A DNA stretch of 64,000 nucleotides, taken from Leptospirales bacterium. Its GTDB lineage: Bacteria; Spirochaetota; Leptospiria; Leptospirales; Leptonemataceae. This document shows positions 28,269 through 39,000 of this stretch, one piece after another. Position 1 is the first letter of the stretch. Each line of letters starts with the position of its first letter. The notes beneath the pieces were generated by a model. The model was given only the letters and a program-made list of their open reading frames with translations, ran no database searches and had not been told where the DNA came from. The stretch lies in NCBI GenBank assembly GCA_965243385.1, contig CBDEUV010000001.1, positions 70,299-134,298 of the forward strand, written 5' to 3'. The position numbers and the translations under genes were made by a program.

Positions 28269-28617
28269 ATGGTCACTACGCAACACCCAGATCGCGCACG
28301 CTTCACTTCCTGTGAAGAGCGCTGCGACGACTCGCCTTCCTGGCTCGTCGGCTGGGTATTGCTTCGTTCTCGTTTGGGGCGAATCCCCCGCCCGGCTTCG
28401 CCGGCCAGGGGACCGGGCCGCTACGGGCTCCGCGTTCGCTACGGTCCTTCGCTTGGGTACTTCCAAACACTCGAAGTATTTCTGCAGATTTCGCCCGCTA
28501 CGGACTCGCACTTCGTGCGACCCTGCACGTCCCTTTCGCTTGCTCTTCGCAGCGAAAGAACTGCCAATTAAGGGTGACTGACCGCTTCGCGGCCCTGGTA
28601 AACATTTGATTGGATCT

Positions 28618-28646
28618 CCAATTCTGCACGCGCCGTGCAGAATTGG
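28618..28646. repeat. Perfect palindrome (13-bp stem, 3-nt loop)
   Basis: 'CCAATTCTGCACG-CGC-CGTGCAGAATTGG'. Degenerate relatives sit on both sides of the transposase gene, at 23977-24003 and 25493-25511. Confidence 0.85.
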
Positions 28647-28771
28647 TCGTATTTTTGGATGGTTGGTTTGGCCCCCGAAATGGTTTTTATTTCGAAGGGC
28701 TTTCGGCACGACTTAGTCTCGCGCCTCGTGAGGAGGAAAGAATGCTCGATGCGCCTTGCGCGCTATCGGAC
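28627..28771. repeat. Cassette-flanking repeat, copy B (~145 bp)
   Basis: Direct repeat of 25491-25636. It has the same stem and the same SD+ATG with a 14-codon mini-ORF (28742-28786). It is nearly contiguous with the post-immunity segment 28803-28860. Confidence 0.85.
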
Positions 28772-28854
28772 TGTTTTGCTGGGTGAGATTCATTTTACAA
28801 CACGACGGTTTTTCGTCACCAGACAAAGGGAGGGCGCCGATGACTTTTTGGGCC

Positions 28855-29415
28855 TTACACATTTTGGATCTCACCATATACTTCTTCAATCCGTTCCTTA
28901 AAATATGGTGCACTTTTCTTGACCTTATTCTTGAAGTAGTCAGGATTTTTGTCCCAAGGATCATGCACGGCTGCACGCTCGCGCAATAGTCGATCAACTT
29001 CATCCGCCAGGTCGTCGTCTTCGTCTATTATAAAGAAGCTGAAAGCATCTACGGCCGTGTAGTGGACTCCAGTGGAATTGGGGAGAAAACCAAGAGTACG
29101 GATCATTCCCTCTCCTGCGACCAATTCGCGAAAAGAATCGAACGACAGTTCAACTTGAGGGAGCGCGCTCGGATGTTCTATTGCATGGATGCGCTCCAGA
29201 TATGCCACAGCTAATTTCTCATTTGCGTCCGAATCAAATTGCACTGCCTCAAATTGGTCTGTCACGAAGTATCGCGAATTTGAGGGTGATTTAATTGATG
29301 AGGGATAGAATTTACCCTCCTGATCTAGATATATGGGAGGCTGGTAACAAAGAATCAGATTTTGTTCGTCGATTATCTCATTTGCAATCTGAGTAATATT
29401 TCTACTCCGCACCAT
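28855..29415 (-). CDS. Putative immunity protein, paralog 2
   Basis: About 186 aa, starting at the ATG at 29415 (AAGGTGG upstream). It aligns along its length with the 184-aa ORF at 29484-30038. Examples: 'NSRYFVTDQFEA' vs 'DSRYFMTDQYEV', 'GMIRTLGFLPNS' vs 'GMLRTIGFLGNS', 'FSFFIIDEDDDL' vs 'YSFYVIDEDDEL'. Confidence 0.6.
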   Translation of the reverse strand: MVRSRNITQIANEIIDEQNLILCYQPPIYLDQEGKFYPSSIKSPSNSRYFVTDQFEAVQFDSDANEKLAVAYLERIHAIEHPSALPQVELSFDSFRELVAGEGMIRTLGFLPNSTGVHYTAVDAFSFFIIDEDDDLADEVDRLLRERAAVHDPWDKNPDYFKNKVKKSAPYFKERIEEVYGEIQNV

Positions 29416-29483
29416 AACCACCTTTTAGAGGAACACGTATGACCTTTTTAGATCCTGCAGATGACGAATTTCTCGCGCTTTAT

Positions 29484-30038
29484 CTATTCACAAAAGGTAT
29501 TCAGTACGTTCTCTATCCGATCAGACGGATAACCCGCATCGAATAGCTTCTTGCCTTCGAAATACTCTGATATATTGTCCCAGACATTTCTGATTCCGGC
29601 CTCCTGTCTTAGCCGAGTCTTAACCGCATCGTACAGTTCATCATCCTCATCTATCACGTAGAAACTATACGCATCAACAACTGTACGCAGCGAATTCCCC
29701 AAAAAACCAATGGTCCGAAGCATTCCGGGACCCTCCAGGTAGTTTCGAGCTACTTCCTTCGTTGGCCGCGAATCTGGCATCGGAGATGGATTATCCAGTG
29801 CAAGGACACGCTCTATGCTGGCCAAGGTAAACCTTTTTGCTTCCTCGTCTGGGAAGCTAGCGACCTCATATTGATCTGTCATGAAATACCTCGAATCGTT
29901 CGGGTCATCACCGTTTTGCGGCGCATAGAAGCCATTTGAATCAACGAAAGCCGGAGTATTGCAGCAGAGTATCAACGATTCCTCGCTGATTGTTTTTTCC
30001 ACTATTCGATTCAAAGTATTAGAGTCTCTTGATTTCAT
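29484..30038 (-). CDS. Putative cognate immunity protein of the giant toxin, paralog 1
   Basis: 184 aa, cytoplasmic-looking and acidic. Its ATG overlaps the giant ORF's stop (ATGA at 30035-30038), implying translational coupling. Confidence 0.65.
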   Translation of the reverse strand: MKSRDSNTLNRIVEKTISEESLILCCNTPAFVDSNGFYAPQNGDDPNDSRYFMTDQYEVASFPDEEAKRFTLASIERVLALDNPSPMPDSRPTKEVARNYLEGPGMLRTIGFLGNSLRTVVDAYSFYVIDEDDELYDAVKTRLRQEAGIRNVWDNISEYFEGKKLFDAGYPSDRIENVLNTFCE

Positions 30039-33000
30039 CTCAGATTCCTCACAACCTCAACTCCCCCAATATCGTCGATCAGTATTTTCACTGCATTCTG
30101 GCTCTTAAGCCCCAGGTCCTTAAACCGTCTCGCAGAGGCCTCACTCCAGCGATACAGTTGGCCATCAAATATCACGTCTAAACTATTTAGCTTACCGCCG
30201 CTGGCTCGTCGTGCGTAAGAAAAGAAATCGAAATCTGCTTTGGACGGGCCGCCATAGTTAAAATGCGTATGTACCGAGACATCGGTGGACTTATCTGCAA
30301 ACATTCGAATACTACGCTTCGTCAGATTTCCAGCTTCATCGTAATGATTCACGCCTCTCTTCAGCCAGAGCTTTCCTTTGAATCTAAACATTCCCCACTC
30401 ATGCTGAGTATGCTTCGCAAGATGTTGCAACTGTCGTACGCTCAGCGCCTCTGAAATTTCCAGCCCATCCTCAAACTTATTGAGCATGAAATCGACGGAA
30501 CGCTGCCCGGGCTGCCTGGGACTCCTAACACCCTGCACTCCCTGACGCATTTTACGCGCGTCGCCAAACCAGCCTTTCGCGAGGCTATCGCCATACGTCT
30601 CCTGGACCAATCGGCCCCGACCAGTCCCGGACAGGGAAGCCCCGGTCAGTCGCGATTCAAGCGTCGCGGCAAGGCGCTCTGTTCGCAGCGCATTCCGAAC
30701 CTGCCCAAACCTGGCCGGGTTACCATACGCCAACCCAACCCGGCCGCCGTTGCGCGCTAGCAGAACCGAGCGACTCACCGCCGCAGCTCCTCTCAGGGCT
30801 GTGGTCGCGATCTTGCCGGCACCCCACGTCGCGACCGCTTCGCCGACGAATATCGCAGTATTGCCGATCATCCGGCCCGTGTCAATCGCACTCTGCGTGC
30901 CGTAGTACAGCGCCGCGTTCAACGCCTGGTCGTTCGATCCGAATCGATTCAGTTGCTGCAGCTCCCGCACTGGCTTGTAGTGATTCACTATGTCCTGGTT
31001 TACGTGCGCGGAATTTCGATGATACGTATCTTTCCAGCCGCCGTCCGCCTGGCCTACTGCCCATTGTGCCGTCGTCGCAATGCCCCATCCGATCTTGCGA
31101 ATCGTCGTCTGGTAGTCGAAGAGCGCGTTCTTGACTCCAATCCATTTCGCCGTGCTGTTCTGCGCCATTTCGATGCGGTTCGGTTTGAACACAGTATCGT
31201 AGTTGCTGACTTCGCCTGGCCTCAATACGCCCAACTCCGCCCGGCGGCGGGCTGCGTTTCGGTCATAGCTCGGGTTCCGGCGTCCGCGCCAGGCCCGCTG
31301 GCCGGCTTTGTATGCGTTTTCGTAACGTTCCTGCTCAGCGATCGCCGCGATCGGACTCTCAAATCCGTTCTGGCGCGCGGCCATGTATTCGTTATATGCT
31401 TCTTCGCTGCCGAGGATCCGGATGCCGCGATCTCGCTGGCTTTCGCGGTTGTAACGTCCTGCATGTCCGCCGGGACGCCGTTCGATTTGCGCCGATAGCC
31501 TGCGGTATTCCATGACACGGCCGTGTTTTTCCACGAGTGCTTTCTGCTGCGCCTGCGCTTGTTCTTGCGCGATACGCTCCTGACGCTCCACATACGCTTT
31601 GCCGTACTTCGCAATTGCGATCGCCCGCGTGTTGCCGCTCGTGTTCAGTGCTGAGCGATAAGAGTCTACCTTCTTCGCCATCCCGCGAATGTCATAGCCG
31701 GCCAGCGCAGCTTCCTTCAGGAAAGCATTTGTCTGGCCGGTGGTCTGCTTCATGAACAGCTCTGAGTCAAACTTGGCTTCCAGTTCCGCGAAGCTCTTCA
31801 CTCCGTGTTTCGCGAGCAGTGTTTCCTGCCGATCGATTGTGCCGAAGATCTCTTCGCGGCGGTTCATCGAATAGCCCATACCGGCTATGATGTCGCGGGC
31901 TTCATGTTTCTGCCCATTTCGCAGCGCGTCGCGTGCTTGCTGAATTTTACGTTCGGTTGCCTGCCGGTCCTGTTCGGCACGCGCCTCGTTCAGCTTTGTA
32001 CTGAGCCCAATTCCACCCAGCGCGCCGAGTCGCCCGCCGTCCACGTTATACATCCCCATGAAGCCGCTCTGGTCCGCACCCCAGGCTCTGTACTTTCCGT
32101 ATTCGCTGGCCACTCCGAAAGCTGTCGATGCTCCGTCCTGCGCGAGTCCTGCCGCGAAGCCGCCGATCTTTTGATCCTGCAGATGCGCTCCTACCGCGCT
32201 GCCCAGCAGGCTACCGCCGACCGCCAGCGCCGCACTGGCGCCCTGGTTCCCTGCGAAATTGAAGCCCTGGAGTGTGCCATCCGCACCGTAATTCGCACCG
32301 GCTCGAACTGCGGCGCTCGTTGCGCCGGCAATCGCATTCATTGTTGTCACTGTGCCCTGAGCCGCCCGACCCAGTTCCACCATCTTCGCACCGGCACCGC
32401 CAATGAATGAAGTGGCGGTCACCAGCGCGGTATCCATCGCCGCCTGGTCCGTCATCTTCATCATGCGCTCGCCGGTCGTGGGGTTCACCTGGATCGAGTT
32501 CGCGATTCCCGTAATCGCCATACCGGCAGCCGCCACGAGCAGTCCCAGAGGCCCGGTCGCTACCGTCATCGCGGCGCCGATGCCTGTGACCACACCGCCG
32601 GCTGCTGCAAGCGGCGCTTTAATCATGTTCAGGCTCTGCGCTTCCCACATGTATCCACGGCTCTTGCCGTTTACCTGTGCCGCGATCTCTACGTTTTTAT
32701 AACTATTCGCCATCATCAGCGGAACGTTATACTGATTTAAGAACGTGCCGGCCATTACGCCCACGTCTGCGAGGACTGTGTTCTGGAACGGGCCGAATGC
32801 GACTCCGGGATCCGCCGCCTGCGCCAGTGCTTTGCTATCGCCCTGTCCTGTTAAACGACCCGCCAGTTCCAGCTGCGGATAGAATCCCAACGGCGCTCCA
32901 CCGGGCCGCACGCCCATCACGCCCTGTTCGCCGAAGCCGGCGAAGCCCACGTATTTCAGCGCTGTTAAAGCATTGCCGCCGTCTGCCAGATCGATCTTCG

Positions 33001-36000
33001 CGGCCTGCACTGCATTGCTGGCCAGCTGCGATTCGCCGTTCGCTCCACCGGGCGCGCGTCCTGCCCACGTTCCGAAGCGGCCGATGATTTCTTCATCCTG
33101 ACTTTCGCGGCGCTCTTCCTGAGTGCCACGCCCCATCAAGACTTCATAGACGCGTTGTAACGCCAGCTTCTGAACGTGAAAGAAGGCCTCCACTTCCACA
33201 TCATCTTTGCCCGCCAGGAACGTCGTCAGCTCTCCGCCGTCCATTTCCTTGAAGCCGGACTTATCCAGCTCTTCGCGCAGTACGCCTGCGGTGTCGAAGT
33301 ACGAATACGCATTCACGACTCCCAGTGCGTCTGATATATTACCCGATTTTACAAAAAACGCGCCGCTGCGTACAAAGCCTGCATTAAACGCCGCTGTCTG
33401 CGTCTGCTGGTCGATGATCGCGTTCTGGTCTTCCAGCTGAGCCGCGAAACCATCAAAGAGCTTTCTGTACTCCTCGAATACTTTCACATTCGCGAGAACC
33501 TTCAGGTTCTTCGCGTGCAGCCTGAGCGCTTCACGATAATCCGCATCCACCCCTGTGATCGCTGAACCGAGGTTGGCGCCGGTCAGTTCGGATACGCTCA
33601 AGCGCGTTTTGAAATCCTTGATGTTGTTATTAATCTTCTGGAATTTCTCCGTGAAGCTCGGCTTATCGTTCTCCAGCCCGGCCAGAATTTCATTCACGTA
33701 CGCCGTCGTGCTGATCGAAGCCATATTCGCGCCCATATTCTGGTTCGCGATCGCAATCTGGTTATTCAGTTCGTTTACGGACTGAGTTAATACTGCCGTC
33801 AGATTCTCTTCGCTCGAACGATCACGGACATCCTGCTCCCACTGTTCTTTCTTCTCAAAGTGCTCCGCAATCTGCTCATCCCACTTCCGATTTCCTTCAG
33901 CCTCGTCGTTATCGAGCTTCCGCTCCCACTCACGCCACTCTTGTAAGAAGCGGTTCTCAGCGTTGCCCCATGAACTGCGACCGCGCGCAAGCAGCAGATC
34001 CATCTTTCGCTCCCACTCTTCGTAGCGGTCTTGCAGCTCCTGCTCGCGGAGGTCCCACTCTTTTTCCTGCACGACTACGCGCTGCTGTAGTTCGGCGTCG
34101 AACACATCGCTCTGGTTTTCCACGTAATCCGCGTGGGTCAGCCGGTAGCCGGTGTATTCCCGGCCGCCCTGGTCTTGGTCCGTGGCCTGTCCGTACAGGT
34201 TCTCGTATGTGGCGTCGCGTTCCTGGTAAAGGAACGTGGTATCCACTGTCGCTGCTGCGCCGGCTGCGAGATAACGTTGCTTTCTGTCGTTGCGTAGATC
34301 CGTTCCGTGCTGGACCAGCATATCCATGATGCTGCCCATATTATAAGCGTCTTCCAGCGGTTCGCTATCGTCGATGATGCGTGCGTATTGGTAAACGGTA
34401 CCACCATTATTCTGCATCGCTCGGACTCGCGTATAACGCTGGCCACCGATGATATAGGCGTTGCCGTCGCGCGGTCCGCCGACTGACGTAAGAGTCGAAG
34501 GATCGTAGCGTCGGCCGAATGCGTCTTTGTATGTGACCTGGTCTTTGAAGCCGTCGACATCCAGCGCGTCGTTTTGCTCTTCAGCGGTCAGCGTCTGTGC
34601 GGCTCCGGTTTGTGTTTGATAGACGGGATCGCCGTTGCCGTCTCTATCGAAGAGATATTTCAGATCTTCATCTGTGAGATCGTACAAGTTGTTGGCGCTG
34701 TCGTTATCGCCGTGCTGCGCGCCCCATTGCACCATCCGCTCTTTCAGACTTTGCATATCCGGGACTTTGCTGAAATAGTCCACCGCGGCCTGTGCGTCTT
34801 CGTATTCCGCCTGCTTCGCACGTACATCGTTGATCTGTGGCATGAATCCGGCGTTAAACGTCGCCGCCCCCATGAATAGCATACTGAACAGCGCCACCAT
34901 GTACTGCGCCTGGCTGATGATCATCTGGCTTTGCGCGTACGTGATCTGAGCCATACCCGCCGCGCGCATCGTCGCGGTGATAGCGGTTGCGGCTACGGCC
35001 GTGTACGGGTTCGCGGAGAGCGTCGCCTGTAACGCGCTTGCTGCGGCGATCATCGCTACCCCCGCGGCCATGACTGTTGCCATGAGCGTTTGCGTGATGG
35101 CGTTTCGGATCAGATCCAGATCATGCGCCATGATGGTCATCAAATAGCCGGTGTATACTCCCTGGAATCCGGAGAAGGCTGCCAGGTTGCCGCCGGTTCC
35201 TAACCACAGACCGATCGCATTCTGATCGCTGGCGGGCATGAGCGCCGCGCCCAGAATGCCGCTTGATGCTTCCAGCACCTGCCCAGGTGTGATCTGCACC
35301 TGCGTTCCACCGAGTGCTGCGCCGTATGCGGCCTGCCCGACGCTTCCTGCCCATGCTCCTGCGCCCCAAAACCACGATCGGAATTCGTTGACGTAATTGA
35401 TGTCGCCGGTTTCTGCCTGCGCGGCCATGCGCATGTAGACTGCATCGCGGGCGGCCATGATTTCCGGGTCATTCTTCTGGGCTGCGTTTACCTGGAATAC
35501 ACTGTCCAGTTTCGCATAGAATTGTTGTTTCTTTTCATCTAGGACGCTTTGTCTGCGCTGCATCTCGGCTTCGATGATTTCTTCCGCCTTATGAATGCGG
35601 ACCATTCTCATCGTATGTTTAATATGTTCGGCGCGCGCCGTGATTACATCCGCGTAGCGTTCGTACATCTCGCGGTGGGTCAGCTCTTGCAGTTCCGTTT
35701 CTTCGGCGGCTGTGAGCGTTTCGTTGTCCGTGAATTTCCGGTCGCGCAGTTCGAGCAAGCGATCGCGCTCTGTCGCTCCCAGCGGCGGGTAGCTTTGATT
35801 TGCTTCGATGCCGGTTACGATCTGGTAGAAATCCCCCAGATTGTCCTGCGTTTGCACGTTATACGCGGCCGTTTGCAGGCTGGCGTTGGCCTGGTCGAGT
35901 ACGGCCACGGCTCTGCGATACTCTTCGCGGGCATTATTCGCCCAATCTTCGATCGTGGCGTTTTCGTCTTCCCCGTCGTTAATCAAATACGGTGTTTCGG

Positions 36001-39000
36001 CGTAGTCCTGAATGCTGCGCCGCATTTCATATTCGCCGTTCGCGGCCTGATAGTTGCGGTACCGGGACGCCATCTCGTTCAGCGCGTTGACGTGATTCTG
36101 ATTCGCGATGGCGTATGCGTTCCGCAGGGCGTTTTCCTGGTCGCTCAGATTGCCCAGCGTGGTCTGCGCGAGATCGAATTCGTCGGCGATCGGCTGCATG
36201 ACGTTGTTCAGGTACGCCACCTGCCCGATGGTCCGGATCTGGTTTCGGCGGCCGGCGTCGGCGAATTGTTCGCCGTTGCGTAATACGGTCGCGAGGCCTT
36301 GCTCGATCGCTTGTTGCTTTTCGCCGATCTGCAGCTGGCCGTGGGCCGCGAGTCTTGCTGTCGCGTCCTGTTCGATGGTCTGCAGTACGGTGAGGTCGTT
36401 TACGCCTGCGGTTGCGTTTGCGTCGTAGCCGGTGAGTTGCTGCGCGATGCGTTCGTCGGGCGGTGTGGCACGTCTTGCGTCGGCCATCTGCGTGGCGTTG
36501 AAGATATTCGCGAAGGCCGCGTTCAGATTGCTGGCGGCTTCCAGATAGTTATTCGCGAGATGTTCTCTAAACGTATACTGCAGCTCGACGTTGTAATCCG
36601 CGTTTGTGCGATTGTTCGGATTCGCCACGGTGCGGATTCGTTTGAAATCAACGGTGATATCGTCGTCCGGATTCGCGGTATCGGTTCCCAGATCGACTGT
36701 ACCGGCAATCGCTGCGTCGTCTGATAGGAGGAGGTCTTCCCAGTTGGCGTTATCGAAGAGCGTATTCGGATCCAGGTTCAGGCTGTCTGCCGCGAAGATC
36801 TGGCCGTTGTGGTATTCCTCGAAAGTCTTTGGACTGCCGCTGGTGACGTGGTCCTGTTCCTGGTATGTGCGTTCCGTTCCGATATACGTGCGATAGTGCG
36901 CGAAGCGACTCGCAAGCAGATCGTCGCCCACGCTGTTTGCGAAGTCCTTCAGTCGGTTCGTCAGCTCGCGCTCGCGGGCGTATTCGCGTTCTTTGTTCTT
37001 TAAGTAGCGGCTGTGGTCCGCTACGGTTCCCTGCAATGCTTGCGTGAGTTCCTGCATCACGGCCGCGGTTTCCGCCTGGCGGATGCTCGTGCCGTAGCTC
37101 GGTCCTATTTTCTGGAACGGATCGAGTAAGCCGGGATCGGTTAAGATCTCGTCGATATAGTTGCGTTCGACGTCGGTCTCCATCAATTGCGTGAGATAGC
37201 GATCGATTAAGACGGCTTCTTTTTCCGCGAGTTCACGCACGGCCGGGTTGGCCTGTTGCGCGGCGGTTTCCAGTAGCGTCTGCAGTCCGGGGATTCCGCC
37301 CAATAACGTCGCGCTTTCCGCACTTAAGCTGCCGCGCACGCCGGCTTCGACCTGCAGCGCTTCTAAGTACGCGCGCATGATCCCGTTGCGGTTCTGGCGC
37401 GCCGCCTGCAGTTGCGTATCATCCGCGGTGCGGTTGATATAGGCGAAGGCCCCGGCTTCGAACGCGTCGAAAATACCGCTGGCGGCTAACTCCTGCGCAC
37501 TCTTCACGTCGAAGGCGGTCTGGTAGTCGGCGATATTCGCCACTAAGGCCGCGCTGTCGGTTGCGCCCAGCGCAGTCCAGATCGCGGTTTGCAGCTGATC
37601 GAAGGCGGTCTGTTGCGTCGCGCTCATGCCGGCGTACAGCGCGGGTGTGCCGCCCTGACTTCTGCTCACGAGCGCTGCTAAGAATTCGCCGCGGTTTTCT
37701 TTGGCGGCTTGCTGTAGTTCGCCGTTTCCTTGCGCCAGTTCGGCGAAGAAGGTGTTCTCAACTTTCGCGTAGCGTTCGCCCTGCGCTGCGTAGAAATTGT
37801 TCAGCTGCTGGCGGTCAGCTTCGTTCGGCAGCAATTCGCGCAATACTCGATCCTGTCGCAGCACGTTTAACGGTGCAGTGGTTTGCCCTTGCGATGCGAG
37901 CACCGCCGCGCTGTGGTTCGCGCGGATCATATTCAGGAGCTGCGTGCGATCCGCGCCTGCGGTCGCGCCGTATCCCGCGCGATTTAGCACGGCTTCGGCT
38001 TCCGCGTCGCTCAAAAAGAGGCCGCTGGCGTTCGAGTTGCCGCCGTTCGCCGCAAGTAACACGTCCAATCGGCCGAGTTCTTCGGCGAAGCGTGCGTCCA
38101 CTGCGGCCGCCATCGCTTTGTGGTCAGCGGTCGTGTAGCCTGCGATATTCGTTAAATCATCCGGCAGATATTCGTTCGCTGTCCTCACGGCGTTATTCAA
38201 TTCGCCGGCCGTGCGTAGATCATCCAGATAAGCGGGTAGATATTCTTCAGTCGCCGTTCCGTTTTCGATGGCGTTGAAGCTCAATAATTCGAAGGCTTCC
38301 AGTTGCGACTTCGCGAGCAGGCGCTGCCTTAAACTCTCGCCGCCGCGAGTATAGGCCGCGTCGTCCAGCACCGCTTCGAAGACCGCCTCGAATTCCGTCT
38401 GGCGATCGGCGACGGTTGCTCCGGAGAAGGTGACGCCGTTGCGGGCGATATAGTCGCGCACCATGCTCAAGACGATCACCGGCCGGAATTCGCCGGCGTA
38501 TTCGGTTTCGTTCAGGGTATACGCGTTGTCCGGCGTGGTCGCCAGTCGCTGGTATTCGCGTTGCGCCAATTGTTCAAACAACGTCGCGTATCCCGCGCCT
38601 AGCAGCTCCGGGCTCGTGCCGCGGTCGATCATATACTCTTCTATATAGCTGGCGATCCCGCGTCCGCCGTTCTCTTCGGCTCCGGCGATGTACGTCGCGT
38701 AGTCATTCGCCGCTAAATAGTCCGCGAAGTCCTGCACGGCCAGGGATCGCGCCACGTCGCCCAGCAGACCGCGCAGATCAAGCGCTGCGGCGGCGCGTTC
38801 GCTCTCCACGTCCGAATTCTTGCGCGCGAGATAGTCGGCGTAGCGTTGCTGGCCCGCTTCGTACTGGCGCACCAGTACGATTTCGCGCAGTTCCGCCGGA
38901 TAGTCCGCGGCTTCGTACGTATCGGCGTACTGCGCGGTGATCACAGCAGTGCGCAGGCTGCGCGCGTACAGATCGTCTTCGAGCGCTACGGTCGCCGTGG

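Noticed and set aside
28618-28660. Perfect hairpin followed by 'TCGTATTTTT', considered as a plus-strand Rho-independent terminator
   Set aside because: No plus-strand gene ends upstream of it. The same palindrome family flanks the transposase, so an IS end, target site or repeat-associated structure seems more likely. It cannot be excluded as a terminator for antisense transcripts.
28269-28709. N-terminal ~150 codons of the 712-aa ORF (26571..28709), which start inside repeat copy B
   Set aside because: This part has no similarity to the giant protein. It is Arg/Pro/Gly-rich and reads through a repeat that also occurs elsewhere in non-coding context. Similarity begins abruptly at HEARDII. 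I treat it as fortuitous open frame upstream of an orphan cassette.
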